A DNA stretch of 64,000 nucleotides from Candidatus Latescibacterota bacterium (GCA_965204745.1 OZ242010.1:1536001-1600000); one strand, 5' to 3'; counted from the first letter of the stretch, positions 47,509-58,615 are shown. A program made the numbers and translations. Notes: generated by a model not told the origin, from the letters alone.

Positions 47509-50505
47509 ATGACTCCCGTGATACGTTGCGCTTGTCTTTTGGCTCTTTGGGGTGTGGTACACGCGCAAGTGCCCATGCCCGAGCAAATCACCTTGTTCGA
47601 CCGGGAACGGGTGTTTCAAGCCGATGGCAGCCGCGGGCCTTTTGCCATTTCCGACCGCGCCATTGAAAAGGCGACCGAGCGCGTTTGGGCAGGTGGCGCG
47701 TTGCTCGTGCGCGACCGCGATTACGTGGTGGATGCACGCCGCGCATTGCTGACGCTCTTGCGGGATGTGGCACGCGGCACGGTGATCGTGGTGCGTTTCA
47801 AACAGGGGCCACAGGTGACGACTCCCATTGTTCGGCGGCGCGTGCTCCAGCCCCGAGAACCGACGGACGACAAACCGATTGTGCCTGTGGTGCCCGCCGT
47901 GCGCGACGCAGAGGAAGAACAGAAATTGACTATTGGCGGGCACAAAAGCATTTCCGTTACCGCGGGGTCCCAACACGCGGTTCAGCAGGCTTTGCAGGTG
48001 CGGATTTCGGGCGAGGTCGCCGAGGGCGTGGCGTTGTTGGCCGTGTTGTCCGACCGCAATTTGCCCATTGGCGAGCGCGGGGGATCGCAGCGGTTGCGAG
48101 AATTGGACCGCGTGTTTTTTCAGGTCGATGCCAACCGCATATCCGCCACTTTGGGCGACCTCGACGTGGCGTTTGACGAGACGGTATTTGGACGCTATCG
48201 CCGGCAGTTGCAGGGCGCGCGCGTGTTTGCCCATCGGGAAAAAGGCCAGATCGCGGCGGTTGGGGCCATCTCCCGCGGACGGTGGGAAACGCGGCGGTTG
48301 GCGACCATTGAGGGGTACCAAGGGCCGTATCAAATCAGTGGCACAGCGAGGCAAATCGTGCCCGAATCCGAGCGCGTGTACCTCAACGGGCGGTTGCTCA
48401 ACCGCGGGGATGGCGTGGATTATACCATCGACTACGAGCGCGGGCACATCTCATTCGCGCCGGAAATACCGATTGGGGTCGAAAGCCGCCTGACTGTGGA
48501 GTATCAGGTCATCGACGCCGGCGGGCACAACCGGTTGATGGGCCTGGAATCCCAACTGTCCCTCGGCCGGGGCCTGTCGTTGGGCACAACGCTACTTCGA
48601 GAAACAGCGTCATCCGACCACCCCGCAATCGCGCCATCAGTGGGCCTTGCCCGACGACAGTTGGGGGTGGTCTCTGCGAAGTACGCGCCGTGGGCTGGAG
48701 CGCAGGTGTCGGGGGAAGTCGCCCTCAGTGATCGGGATGCCGGAAAAGGCCGCGCATTTCGCTTGGGCGGGGCATGGGCATCGCGCAATTTTGAAGTCGC
48801 GGGGCGGTTTCGCCATGTCGGTTCCCAGTTTGAAGCCTTTGAACGCCTGGACCGAGGGCGCGCTGCCGGGCGATGGGGTTGGCAGGCCGATACGACCCGC
48901 ACGACCCAGCGCGAGGGCGATGTGTCTGCGCGCTACAACTGGGGCGAGGCAGTTGCCATTTCTGGAGAATACGGACGGCGGTTGGGCGCGCGCCGAACAG
49001 ATCGCAAAAGCGTGGATATTCGCGTGCCCGTGGGGATGTACCGCTACGAATCCCTCGCGCATACCGAGGGCAACACGAGCCGCCACGAGGGGCAACTCGG
49101 CGTGTCGCTGGGCATGGTCAGGCCGGGGTTTCGCTTTTCGCTGGAAAATGGCGATGGCGATGGCGTGGGTAGCACGTCGCTCTTTTATGCCGCACGCCCG
49201 CATGTCTTGCCGCAGGGGATTGCCAACCGCGAGTTGATTTGGCAGATGGACATTGGGGAAGGCCGCAGGTGGACGTGGACATCGGAATTGAAATATCGGC
49301 ATTTTAGGCAGCGGGAAACGACGTGGCGCGACAGTTTGCGCGGGTGGTTACACACGCACAGGGCGCAGGTGACAAATTGGAAGGGGTGGATTTTTTCAGG
49401 ATCGTACACGCGGGGAACGACGCGAATGGGTCACAGCCGCCAACAGGCGATGCACTTGGGCCGCGTGCGGTTGGGGCATGCGCGCCCGGGCCTGTCGCAT
49501 CAAATTACCTATCGCGTTTCGAGCATTGGGGTGCATGCGCGCCGGCCCGTTTTTATCGAAGTCGCGCCCGGGCACGGGGAATATCTATGGGAAGACGCCG
49601 ATGGCGATGGGTTGCGCGATGCAGAAGAGTTCGCGCCCGATAGAGATGGCAATTACGTCCAGGTATCCGATATCGGTCAATACACCCCCGCCCGCGATGG
49701 CGCGCTCGGCATGCGCGTGGAACTCGATTTTCGCCGCCTGATCGGCCCCGACCACCTCTTGTCTGCCCTCGCGTTAGATGCGTCTTTGCGCGCAGAGCAG
49801 CAGATCGCCGCGGGGACAGCGCGGGCGATGCCATGGGATCTGTTGGGATTTGCGTCCGGCGATGGGGTTTTGGGCGCGCACAGGGACGCGCTGGTGCGTC
49901 TCTACTTATTTCGGTATCACAAGCGCGGGTCCCTGCGCCTGACCGCACGCACGCGCCATCGGGTCAACCGAGGGTTTTACGACGGCGCCGCCGAAGTTTT
50001 CACCGAGGGAAACGCGCTGGGCAAATGGCGACCTGCCTATCGCCTCGAGTTGGAAACCGAGGTTGCTTTTGGACGGCGCGTGCGCGAAGGCGCGGGTGCA
50101 TTTGCCTATCGCATTGACAGCGCGAGCAATGCGTTTCGTTGCGCGTTTCGCCCCTCGCGTTACTGGCACTCGCGCTTGGGCGTTTTGATCGGACGAGACC
50201 GCGAACGCATGCGCGCCCTGCGCGTGTTTTACGTTGCGGTTCAGCCCGAGATCATTCGCGCTTTGCCAGGGCGCGGGCGATTGCGCGGCCGCGTGGATTG
50301 GACGATGGTTCGATCAACAGCCCCGATGCCCCTGTTTTTGGGCTTGGCAAACGGCAATCGGCACGGGCAGAACTGGACATGGCGATTGGGCATCGACCGC
50401 CGATTCGGCAAGTACGTCACCGCACAAGTCATGTACGATGGCCGCATCCGCCCCGACCGCCAAGCCATACATCTGGCGCGCGTGGAAATGCGGGCGGTGT
50501 TTTAA
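47509..50505 (+). CDS. Large secreted / outer-membrane beta-barrel-like protein
   Basis: Signal peptide; DYTIDYERG; amphipathic beta strands; terminal Phe. Confidence 0.7.
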   Translation: MTPVIRCACLLALWGVVHAQVPMPEQITLFDRERVFQADGSRGPFAISDRAIEKATERVWAGGALLVRDRDYVVDARRALLTLLRDVARGTVIVVRFKQGPQVTTPIVRRRVLQPREPTDDKPIVPVVPAVRDAEEEQKLTIGGHKSISVTAGSQHAVQQALQVRISGEVAEGVALLAVLSDRNLPIGERGGSQRLRELDRVFFQVDANRISATLGDLDVAFDETVFGRYRRQLQGARVFAHREKGQIAAVGAISRGRWETRRLATIEGYQGPYQISGTARQIVPESERVYLNGRLLNRGDGVDYTIDYERGHISFAPEIPIGVESRLTVEYQVIDAGGHNRLMGLESQLSLGRGLSLGTTLLRETASSDHPAIAPSVGLARRQLGVVSAKYAPWAGAQVSGEVALSDRDAGKGRAFRLGGAWASRNFEVAGRFRHVGSQFEAFERLDRGRAAGRWGWQADTTRTTQREGDVSARYNWGEAVAISGEYGRRLGARRTDRKSVDIRVPVGMYRYESLAHTEGNTSRHEGQLGVSLGMVRPGFRFSLENGDGDGVGSTSLFYAARPHVLPQGIANRELIWQMDIGEGRRWTWTSELKYRHFRQRETTWRDSLRGWLHTHRAQVTNWKGWIFSGSYTRGTTRMGHSRQQAMHLGRVRLGHARPGLSHQITYRVSSIGVHARRPVFIEVAPGHGEYLWEDADGDGLRDAEEFAPDRDGNYVQVSDIGQYTPARDGALGMRVELDFRRLIGPDHLLSALALDASLRAEQQIAAGTARAMPWDLLGFASGDGVLGAHRDALVRLYLFRYHKRGSLRLTARTRHRVNRGFYDGAAEVFTEGNALGKWRPAYRLELETEVAFGRRVREGAGAFAYRIDSASNAFRCAFRPSRYWHSRLGVLIGRDRERMRALRVFYVAVQPEIIRALPGRGRLRGRVDWTMVRSTAPMPLFLGLANGNRHGQNWTWRLGIDRRFGKYVTAQVMYDGRIRPDRQAIHLARVEMRAVF

Positions 50506-50528
50506 GGCGAACGAGGGCCTCTCCCTCC

Positions 50529-50859
50529 GCCACCCCGCCGTGTCTAAATCGCGGATTAAACGGATTAGGGGATTGCGCGGATTACCCCACACATCCCTAC
50601 CGCCGCTTCATCGTTCCCACTCCGCTATGTCCTTCGCATGCCTTGTCGCCATAGACCTATCCCCCCGGGCCCCGTTATTCGCTTCGCTCCTTGTAGGCTA
50701 CGCCTGTGCCTACAAGGAAAGGGGGAGCGCATGGCTTTTTGAAGGTTTGTATCCCTGGCTATTCTGATGGCTTTGAGCGAATGGATCACGCCATGAACCC
50801 CAAAAAACCTATCGCCATTTCCCCCTTCCTCGTAGGAAGGGGGCCAGGGGGTAGGTCCC
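50529..50859 (-). repeat. Composite repeat (CGCGGATT unit plus GGACCTA element), inverted relative to 58211-58520
   Basis: Direct sequence comparison. Confidence 0.82.
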
Positions 50860-50919
50860 AAAAAGTAAAGCCCGAGTTCACTAAGAACCCGGGCTTTACT
50901 TTTTTTCGTTTTTCGTCGT

Positions 50920-51120
50920 TCAGCCTGTCGATCCAAAGTCGGCGGCGAAGATGAAGCAATCGGCAGAGTCAATTTGACCATCGCCATTGAGATCGCACCG
51001 GGGGTCATATCGCTCCTGGCCGGGCCGCGAGCCGAACTTGCTGGCAAAGGTCAAGAAGTCGGCGAAATTCGCATTGCCATCGCCATTTTCATCTGTGGCG
51101 GTCAGGGAACAGGCTTTCAT
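50920..51120 (-). pseudogene. Isolated EF-hand/dockerin-like double Ca-binding module, probably a remnant C-terminal domain
   Basis: DENGDGNANFADFLTFASKFG...DLNGDGQIDSADCFIFAADFG. Confidence 0.6.
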
Positions 51121-54100
51121 TGGAAGTGGGAGTCGGGATAGAGGCTTCGAATGTAGGGTTCAATGGCTTGAGCGGTCGTGCGCGTAGCAGTTGGCTCGAT
51201 GACGTTCCCTCTGACGAGGGCCTCGTTCCGGAAGAAGAGGACGTATCGAATGATCAGGATTATATCCGAGAACAGCCTCACATCGCCATCGCCATCCACA
51301 TCGAGAATGTTCTGACCGACCAAAGTGTCGAGGTAGGGTTCAATTTCTTGAGCGGTCTTGCGCGTGGCAGTTGGCTCGATGACGTTCCCTCTGAGGAGGG
51401 CCTCTTCCCGGAAGAAGAGGACGTATCGAATGACCAGGATTATATCCGAGAACAATCTCACCCGGCCATCGCCATCCACATCCAAGTTGGCACTCGGTGT
51501 TTCGTCATCGGTCAGGGTCAGGGTCACGGGCGAAGGATCGGTGATGCCTTGGGCGTTGTTTGCGGTTGCAGACACCCTGACCATCTTCTCGTCTGCCTGG
51601 TCGTTGTTGTCCTCTGCGGTGATCGTCACGGTGCCCGTGCTCGTTGTGGTCGTCGCCGCGATGATCAGCGTGTCTGCACTCGATAGCGTGAAGTCGCTCG
51701 CAGTCGCAGGGGACACAGGCGTAGCAGAGACCGTGATCGTCGTGATCGCGCTCGATGGGTGCGATAGGGTCGCCGTGATCGTGGAAACCTCGCCGTTTTC
51801 CGAGATGGACGAGGGCATCAGCACCAACGTCACGGTCGGCGCATCTTCATCGTCGGTCGTCGTCACTGGAACATCCTCGTCCGAAAGGGTGTTGTAGTTG
51901 GCATCGCCGCTTGACGAGGCGAGTCGCACCGTCCAGGTGACGTTCCCGTCGTCGATGATGTCGTCTTGCCCGGTCACGGTCACGGTTTGTGCCGTGTTAT
52001 AGCCTGACGTCGTGAAGGTCAGCATCGCAGGCTCAACCCGCCCCTCGCTCGGGTCTTGGCTCGTCACCGAAATCGTCACCGCCGCCGTGGGTTGCGTCAG
52101 CAGGGCCACCGTGAAGGTCGCCGAGGCACCGGCCTCTGTCGCCTGCCCGGTCAGCGCGCTGATGTCCAAGCCGAAATCGTTATCGCGGTTGACCATGTAC
52201 ACGCTGATCGCGGTGAGCGCGTCGTAGTTGGTGTCCTGCGTATCCGTCTGGTTCACCGAAAGGGTGACCGTATAGTTCTGGTTGCCATCGACGTTGTTGG
52301 CGGGGGCATCGTCCTGTCCGGTCACGGTCACGGTTTGCGCCGTGCTCCATGTTGTCGATGAGAAGGTCAGCACCGAGGGCGATACAGTGCCTTCCGTCGT
52401 GTCTGAACTGACCACCGAGAGGGCCACGTTCCCGGTTGGCTCGGAGGCGAGCGTGACCGTGAAGGTCTCTGCCCTGCCCGACTCTGTCGTGTGGAGCCTG
52501 ACCGTCGTCGTGGTCATCGCCGACACCTCAATCGCCGCCTCGTCGTCATCGGTGATCGTCAGCGACGTAGCCTGCACGTTGCCCGCGCCGTGGTCGTTCT
52601 CCACAGCGGCGGTCTGCACCATCACCGCGTTGTCTGATGCGTCTATGTCGTTGTCCACGGCGGTGAGTGCCACCGTGTCCGTCGCGTTCGCCGTGCTCCC
52701 GGCCGCGATGGTGATCGTCGAATCCGACCCCACCGTGTAGGCATTCGCCACCGGGCGTACCGTGATCGTTGTCGCCGCGCTCGATGGGTGTGTCAGCGTC
52801 GCGCTCACCGTGCTCACGCCGCCGGCCTCCGAGATGGACGCGGGCGACAGCATTAGTGTCACGTCCGGCGCGGCGTCATCGTCTGTGATTGTCAAAGCCG
52901 TGCCGGTCACACTGCCTGCGCCTTGGGCGTTGTTCGCCACAACGGACACGGTCACGTCGCGATTAGGCGCGTCTTGGGTGTTGTTCACCGCTGTAATGAC
53001 CACGGTATCCGTCGCGTTCGCCGTGCTCCCAGCCGCGATGGTGATCGTCGAATCCATCCCCACCGTGTAAGCACCGGTCACAGGGCGCACTGTGATCGTC
53101 GTCGCCGCGCTCGACGCATGCGACAGCGTCGCCGTGATCGTCGAAACACCGCCGGTCTCTGCAATCGACGCGGGCGACAGCGTCAGTGCCACATCCGGCG
53201 CGGCCTCATCGTCTGTGATCGTCAGGATCACGGCAGACGATAGCGACGCCCCATTGCCACCTGCCACCGTTGCAGACACGGTCACGCGCTTGTCCGGCGC
53301 ATCGGTCGTGTCGTTCACCGAGGTGATCGTCACGGCGCCCGTGCTCGTCGTCACATTCGCCGCGAAGGTCAGCGTGGTCGTGGTCGATAGCGTAAAATCG
53401 CCCGCAACCGCAGGCGACACCTCGGTCGCTGAAACCGTGACCGTCGTCGCCACGGTTGCAACGCGATCTAGCGTCGCCGTGATCGTGGAAATCTGGGCAT
53501 TCTCCGTAATTGACGCAGGAGTCAAAACCAACGTCACCTGCGCCACTTCGTCATCGATAATCGTCAGCGTCGCATCAGTGACCGATCCCGTGCCTATGCT
53601 GTTGCCCGCCGTGCTCGACACGGTCACCGTCTTGTTCCCCGAAGATATGCTGTTGTCCACCGTCCTGATCGTCACGGTGCCCGTGCTCATCGTTTGCCCC
53701 GCCGCGACGGTCAGCGTGGCCGGCGTACTCAGCATGTAGTCGCCCGGAACCGCAGGCGACACAGCCGACGCTGAAACCGTGATCGTCGTCGCCGCGCTCG
53801 ACGTGTGAGACAGGGTCGCGGTCACCGTCGAAATCGCGCCGTTCTCTGAAATCGACGCAGGAGACAAAACCATCGTCACGTCCGGCGCAACGTCGTCGTC
53901 CGTCAGCGTCAAAGCCGCACCGGTCACACTGCCCGCGCCTTGGGTGTTGCTCATCACACCTAGCACGGTCACGTCGCGATTAGGCGCGTCTTGGGTATTG
54001 TTCACCGCTGTGATGACCACCGTGTCCGACGCGTTAATCGTGTCCCCGGCCGCGATGGTGATCGTCGTATCCGACCCCACCGTGTAAGCACCCGCCACCG

Positions 54101-57100
54101 GGCGCACCGTGATCGTCGTCGCCGCGCTCGATGGACGCGATAGCGACGCCGTGACCGTCGAAACCGCGCCGTTCTCCGAAATCGACGCCGGTGACGCCGC
54201 CAACGTCGCTGTCGGTGCAGGGTCGTCGTCCTCCAGCGTCAAAGTCGCACCAGTTACACTGCCCGCGACTTGGGCGTTGCCCGCCACACCGGACACGGTC
54301 ACGTTGCGATTAGGCTCGTCTCGGGTGTTGTTCACCGCTGTGATGACCACCGTGTCCGACGCGTTCGCAGTGCTCCCGGCCGCGATGGTGATCGTCGAAT
54401 CCGCCGCCACCGTGTAAGCACCCGCCACCGGGCGCACCGTGATCGTCGTCGCCGCGCTCAACGGGTGTGCCAGCGTCGCGGTCACAGTGCTCATCCCGCC
54501 GTTTTCCGAGATCGACGAGGGCATCAGGGTCAACGTCACTCTCGCGGGTTGAAGCTGAAATTGCGCGGTGGTGTCCATGCCGGCATACTTCAAGGCCGGA
54601 TACTGATCCATCGCGCCAAAGGTCCACGGATCATCGTTGCCGGGTTGTCCGTCGAGGTTGGCGTTCCAGTTGTAGTAGGTGTCGTTGGCGGTGGCACCGT
54701 AGGTAGTAGGGCTTTGGAGCTCGCTGGTCGTCTTGCCCGCCGCGCCGCTACCGCCGAAGCTCGTTGTGCGCCCGCTGGTTGTGGTGTCCCAGTAGCTATC
54801 GGTAACCGTGCCCGTGCCGGCATTCGACTCGCCCAACAGCCCGCCGATAGATGTCATCGACCCGCTGGAGAGGCTGACCGCGCCGGTGGAGTAGGAGTTT
54901 GTTATGGAGCCGGTGGTCGCTTTTGAGCCTACCAGCCCACCGAGGTTCTGAGTCGCGCTGACGGATGCGAGGGAGTAGCTTGTGGAAATGGAGCCTCCGG
55001 TCCAGCCGACCAGACCGCCGACGACATTGTCGCCCGTCATGCGACCGGTGGTGTAGCAGGCGACGATTTCGCCGCGATTGGCGCCGACCAGAATGCCACT
55101 AAAGTCGTCTGCCGTAACATCGGCGTCGGTTACGCCCAGCGACTCGATGCGGGAGTTGGTGCCGGTGCCGCCGAACAGTGCTTGGTAGCTAACGGTGTTG
55201 CGGCTGATGAACAGGTTTTGGACGGTGTAGCCGTTGCCTTTGAAATCGCCTGTGTATCGAAACGCTGGGCTGGCGTCGGAGCCGATGGGCATCCAGCCTT
55301 GGCCGCTATTCCAGTAGGTGGTGTCTGCTTGGGTGATTGCGCCGTCGTTGTTCTCGTCAAAATCCAAGTTGTTGAGCAGTTCGTAGCCAGTGCAACCGCT
55401 GGAAGGGCAACCCTTTCCGACTGAGGCGTTGGGAAAGACGGCGTTGTAGGCGGTCGTATCGCTGGTCGAGGCACTGGCGTCTATGAAACCATTGCCATCC
55501 AAATCCCAGCGCATGGCATGCAGTTGCGCCAAGGTCGAGACCTCAAGGAGGCCATCGCTATCCGTGTCATAATGCACGGGTTGGGCAGCGTACTGCACCG
55601 TGGTGTCCATGTCGGCAAACTTCAAGACCGGATACTGCTTTGTCGTGCCAAAGGTCCAGGGATCATCATCGTTGGCCCCCGAAGCATCTATGGTCAGATC
55701 GTCCCAAGCGGCATAGATATCACGCGCAGACGTGACCGATTGTAAGTCGGCAGTCAACTTGCCCTCCGGCGCAACAGTATCGCCATCGTCGGCAATGCCG
55801 CTTTCTTGCGTGTCCCAATAGCTATCGGTCACTGTGCCAGCCGAACTGCCCACCAAACCGCCTTTCGTACCGGTACCCGTGACCCGGCCTATCGCGTAAC
55901 TGGCGGTCACGCCACCGCTACTCGCGATTTGACCCACCAAACCGCCACCCACCGCGCTGCTGTGTCCCACGAACACCGAGCCCAGCGCGTAAGACGCCAC
56001 CACCTCGGTCTGATCGGTCAGCCAACCCACCAAACCGCCGGCCATCCCGCCACTCGTCACATGTGCAGGAACCCGCACAGAGACGAGCGCATAGCTGCTC
56101 ACAATGCGGTTGGTGCCCGAAGTGCGATAAGACCGACCAACCAAACCACCCACACCCCACTTCGCCCCCTCAACGCGACCCGTCACATAACACGACGAGA
56201 TGGTGCTTCCACCACCTTGATTACCGGCCAGACCACCCACGCGGTCAGCGCCGGTCACATTCACATTCAACAACCCCAACCCCGAAACATCGCCATCAAC
56301 CGCATGGAACAATCCTACATTATGCCGAGACCGGTTGATGAACAGGTGGGAGATCGTCTTGTTGTTGCCTTTGAACGTGCCGCCGTAAGGCCCCACAGGG
56401 TTCCAGCCGGCGCCGCTATTCCAGTAGGTGGTGTCTGCTTGGGTGATTGCGCCGTCGTTGTTCTCGTCAAAATCCAAATTGTTGAGCAGTTCGTAGCCGA
56501 TGCAGGTACCGGACGGGCAACCCATCCGGCCGGTATTGCTGGTGTTGCGGAGGGGAAAGGCGGCGCCATAATCGGCGTGGGTAGCGTCGCCATTGCCGTT
56601 GAGGTCGTGGCGAATGGCGTTGAGTTGCGCCAAGGTGGTGATGTCAATCAGGCGGTCATTGTCCATGTCGTAGTCGGTGGCCGGTCGGCCCTGGGCAACC
56701 AGGGAATGACCGCCGTACTTCAGCACCGGATACTGCGATGACGTTCCGAAGTCCCAGGGGTCGTCGTTGCCGGTCTGTCCGTCAATGTTGATGTTCCAGG
56801 TGGCGTAGATGCCGGTGTAGCCGGTGGGAGTTTGGAGAGTGCTGGTGGTCTGACCCGTGCCGCCTGCGCTGGTGGTCTGACCGCTGGTTTCGGTGTCCCA
56901 GTAGCTACTGACCACGCTAGCTGCGCCAAAACCCTGTGCTGTGAAGAAACTTGCTACTAAACCGCCGATGGTTGATGCTGTTCCGCTGGACAGGCTGACC
57001 CGGCCGATAGAGTAGGAGTTTGTTATATTTCTTCCTTGGCCTAACAGACCGCCGACTTGGCTTGTTCCGCTGACAGAAGCAATCGAGTAACTGGTCGAGA

Positions 57101-57764
57101 AAGTCCGATTAGTCCAGCCGACTAATCCACCAACATAATTGGTGCCTTGTACCCTGCCGGTGGTGTAACAGGCGACAACGTCGCCGCTGGTACCGGCTAG
57201 AATGCCGCTGAATTCCCTTCCCGTGACATTGGCGTTGGTCACGCCCAGGGATTCGATTTGACTACTTGAGCCGCCGAACAGCCCAATGTAATCATCTCCG
57301 CTACGGTTGATGAACAGGTTGTTGATGGTATAGCCGTTGCCCTTGAAAGGGGCACTGTAACTCTGTGTACCATCGGGATCGCCCACGGGTCTCCAACCTG
57401 CACCGCTGTTCCAGTAGTTGCCGCTGTGGTCATTGGCGTCCACGTCGCCGTCGCCGTCGCTGTCGAAGTCCAGGTTGTTCATCAGTTCGTAGCCGTTACA
57501 GCCGGGGGACGGGCAACCCATACCCGAGGCGGCGTTGGGGAAGGCGGTGTTGTAAAGTGTCCATTCGCCGGCTGTCGCGTAGCCTTGCACGGCATTGCCG
57601 TCGAGGTCGTAGTTTATGGCTTGGAGTTGTGCCAAAGTGGTGATGTCAATCAGGCGGTCGTTGTCCATGTCGTAGTCAACGGTGGTTTGGGCAAAAGCCT
57701 GCCCCGATGCCACCAGCATGCCCAACGCGACCAGGGCCAACAAGTGAGCGTAGCGGGACATCAT
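51117..57764 (-). CDS. 2215-aa secreted surface protein: three GLUG-motif modules, about ten Ig/Calx-beta-like repeats, and a duplicated dockerin-like C-terminus
   Basis: Signal peptide; 3x TLAQL...GCP...GYEL...FKGN; GGLVG repeats; SISENG...LTITDDD repeats; 2x LDVDGDG. Confidence 0.88.
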   Translation of the reverse strand: MMSRYAHLLALVALGMLVASGQAFAQTTVDYDMDNDRLIDITTLAQLQAINYDLDGNAVQGYATAGEWTLYNTAFPNAASGMGCPSPGCNGYELMNNLDFDSDGDGDVDANDHSGNYWNSGAGWRPVGDPDGTQSYSAPFKGNGYTINNLFINRSGDDYIGLFGGSSSQIESLGVTNANVTGREFSGILAGTSGDVVACYTTGRVQGTNYVGGLVGWTNRTFSTSYSIASVSGTSQVGGLLGQGRNITNSYSIGRVSLSSGTASTIGGLVASFFTAQGFGAASVVSSYWDTETSGQTTSAGGTGQTTSTLQTPTGYTGIYATWNINIDGQTGNDDPWDFGTSSQYPVLKYGGHSLVAQGRPATDYDMDNDRLIDITTLAQLNAIRHDLNGNGDATHADYGAAFPLRNTSNTGRMGCPSGTCIGYELLNNLDFDENNDGAITQADTTYWNSGAGWNPVGPYGGTFKGNNKTISHLFINRSRHNVGLFHAVDGDVSGLGLLNVNVTGADRVGGLAGNQGGGSTISSCYVTGRVEGAKWGVGGLVGRSYRTSGTNRIVSSYALVSVRVPAHVTSGGMAGGLVGWLTDQTEVVASYALGSVFVGHSSAVGGGLVGQIASSGGVTASYAIGRVTGTGTKGGLVGSSAGTVTDSYWDTQESGIADDGDTVAPEGKLTADLQSVTSARDIYAAWDDLTIDASGANDDDPWTFGTTKQYPVLKFADMDTTVQYAAQPVHYDTDSDGLLEVSTLAQLHAMRWDLDGNGFIDASASTSDTTAYNAVFPNASVGKGCPSSGCTGYELLNNLDFDENNDGAITQADTTYWNSGQGWMPIGSDASPAFRYTGDFKGNGYTVQNLFISRNTVSYQALFGGTGTNSRIESLGVTDADVTADDFSGILVGANRGEIVACYTTGRMTGDNVVGGLVGWTGGSISTSYSLASVSATQNLGGLVGSKATTGSITNSYSTGAVSLSSGSMTSIGGLLGESNAGTGTVTDSYWDTTTSGRTTSFGGSGAAGKTTSELQSPTTYGATANDTYYNWNANLDGQPGNDDPWTFGAMDQYPALKYAGMDTTAQFQLQPARVTLTLMPSSISENGGMSTVTATLAHPLSAATTITVRPVAGAYTVAADSTITIAAGSTANASDTVVITAVNNTRDEPNRNVTVSGVAGNAQVAGSVTGATLTLEDDDPAPTATLAASPASISENGAVSTVTASLSRPSSAATTITVRPVAGAYTVGSDTTITIAAGDTINASDTVVITAVNNTQDAPNRDVTVLGVMSNTQGAGSVTGAALTLTDDDVAPDVTMVLSPASISENGAISTVTATLSHTSSAATTITVSASAVSPAVPGDYMLSTPATLTVAAGQTMSTGTVTIRTVDNSISSGNKTVTVSSTAGNSIGTGSVTDATLTIIDDEVAQVTLVLTPASITENAQISTITATLDRVATVATTVTVSATEVSPAVAGDFTLSTTTTLTFAANVTTSTGAVTITSVNDTTDAPDKRVTVSATVAGGNGASLSSAVILTITDDEAAPDVALTLSPASIAETGGVSTITATLSHASSAATTITVRPVTGAYTVGMDSTITIAAGSTANATDTVVITAVNNTQDAPNRDVTVSVVANNAQGAGSVTGTALTITDDDAAPDVTLMLSPASISEAGGVSTVSATLTHPSSAATTITVRPVANAYTVGSDSTITIAAGSTANATDTVALTAVDNDIDASDNAVMVQTAAVENDHGAGNVQATSLTITDDDEAAIEVSAMTTTTVRLHTTESGRAETFTVTLASEPTGNVALSVVSSDTTEGTVSPSVLTFSSTTWSTAQTVTVTGQDDAPANNVDGNQNYTVTLSVNQTDTQDTNYDALTAISVYMVNRDNDFGLDISALTGQATEAGASATFTVALLTQPTAAVTISVTSQDPSEGRVEPAMLTFTTSGYNTAQTVTVTGQDDIIDDGNVTWTVRLASSSGDANYNTLSDEDVPVTTTDDEDAPTVTLVLMPSSISENGEVSTITATLSHPSSAITTITVSATPVSPATASDFTLSSADTLIIAATTTTSTGTVTITAEDNNDQADEKMVRVSATANNAQGITDPSPVTLTLTDDETPSANLDVDGDGRVRLFSDIILVIRYVLFFREEALLRGNVIEPTATRKTAQEIEPYLDTLVGQNILDVDGDGDVRLFSDIILIIRYVLFFRNEALVRGNVIEPTATRTTAQAIEPYIRSLYPDSHFQ

Positions 57765-58210
57765 TTTGTCCCCCTCTCCGAGGGGGGGGGGGGGGGGTAC
57801 ACTGTACTGATCATCCTAACAGACTGTTTTGCAATGAAATAGAAGCATGCCTCAAGACGAGAATGGGCACCATGAACGCCCGTTTTCGCAGGAGAACGGT
57901 GGCCTCCAAACAGGTTTGAACAACGTCGAAAAATGGCGGGAATCATCTGAAGTCTCCTTTGCAAAAGCTGTCGCACAGACCGGGCGCGGCCTTTCCTCCG
58001 CGCTCAAAATCGCAATGGTGAACGAAAAAAACTAAAAAATCGCGCTATTATTTGTCAAGCGAAAAAATGACGATGGGATCGGTGGTCAGTCAAGCGAGAA
58101 GGACAGGCGCAGGGGCCTGTGCCTGCGACGGATGGCGGCAGGATGTGCGATTAGCCACAAAAGGCACAAAAACACAAAAGGGCGATGGGTCTTCCGAGGG
58201 ATTGTGCGAG

Positions 58211-58520
58211 GGGGACCTACCCCCTGGCCCCCTTCCTGCGAGGAAGGGGGAACTGTGAGCGGTTTTGCGAGGGGAATGGCGTAGAGGTTTTTTGGGGTTC
58301 ATAGCGTGATCTATTCGCGCAAAGCCATCAAAACAGCCAGGGATACAAACCTTCAAGAAAGCCATGCGCTCCCCCTTTCCTTGTAGGCACAGGCGTAGCC
58401 TACAATGAGCGAAGCGAATAACGGGGGCCGGGGGGATAGGGCTTGCGGTAGGGCGGTGTGGGGTAATCCGCGCAATCCGCGTAATCCGTTTAATCCGCGA
58501 TTCAGACACGGTGGGGTGGG
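58211..58520 (+). repeat. Composite repeat (GGACCTA element plus AATCCGCG unit)
   Basis: Reverse complement of 50529-50859. Confidence 0.82.
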
Positions 58521-58554
58521 GACGGGGACGCACGGGTGGAGAGGCGGCGCGGAT

Positions 58555-58615
58555 CGAGGCTTTCTCTGTTTTGCGGGCACGCTTATCGCTCTAAAACAAA
58601 ATGTCAACAGAACCT
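58555..58615 (+). mobile_element. Isolated end of the IS5 element (transposase 3' end plus IR)
   Basis: ...ATCGCTCTAAAACAAAATGTCAACAGAACC matches the reverse complement of 22465-22524. Confidence 0.8.
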
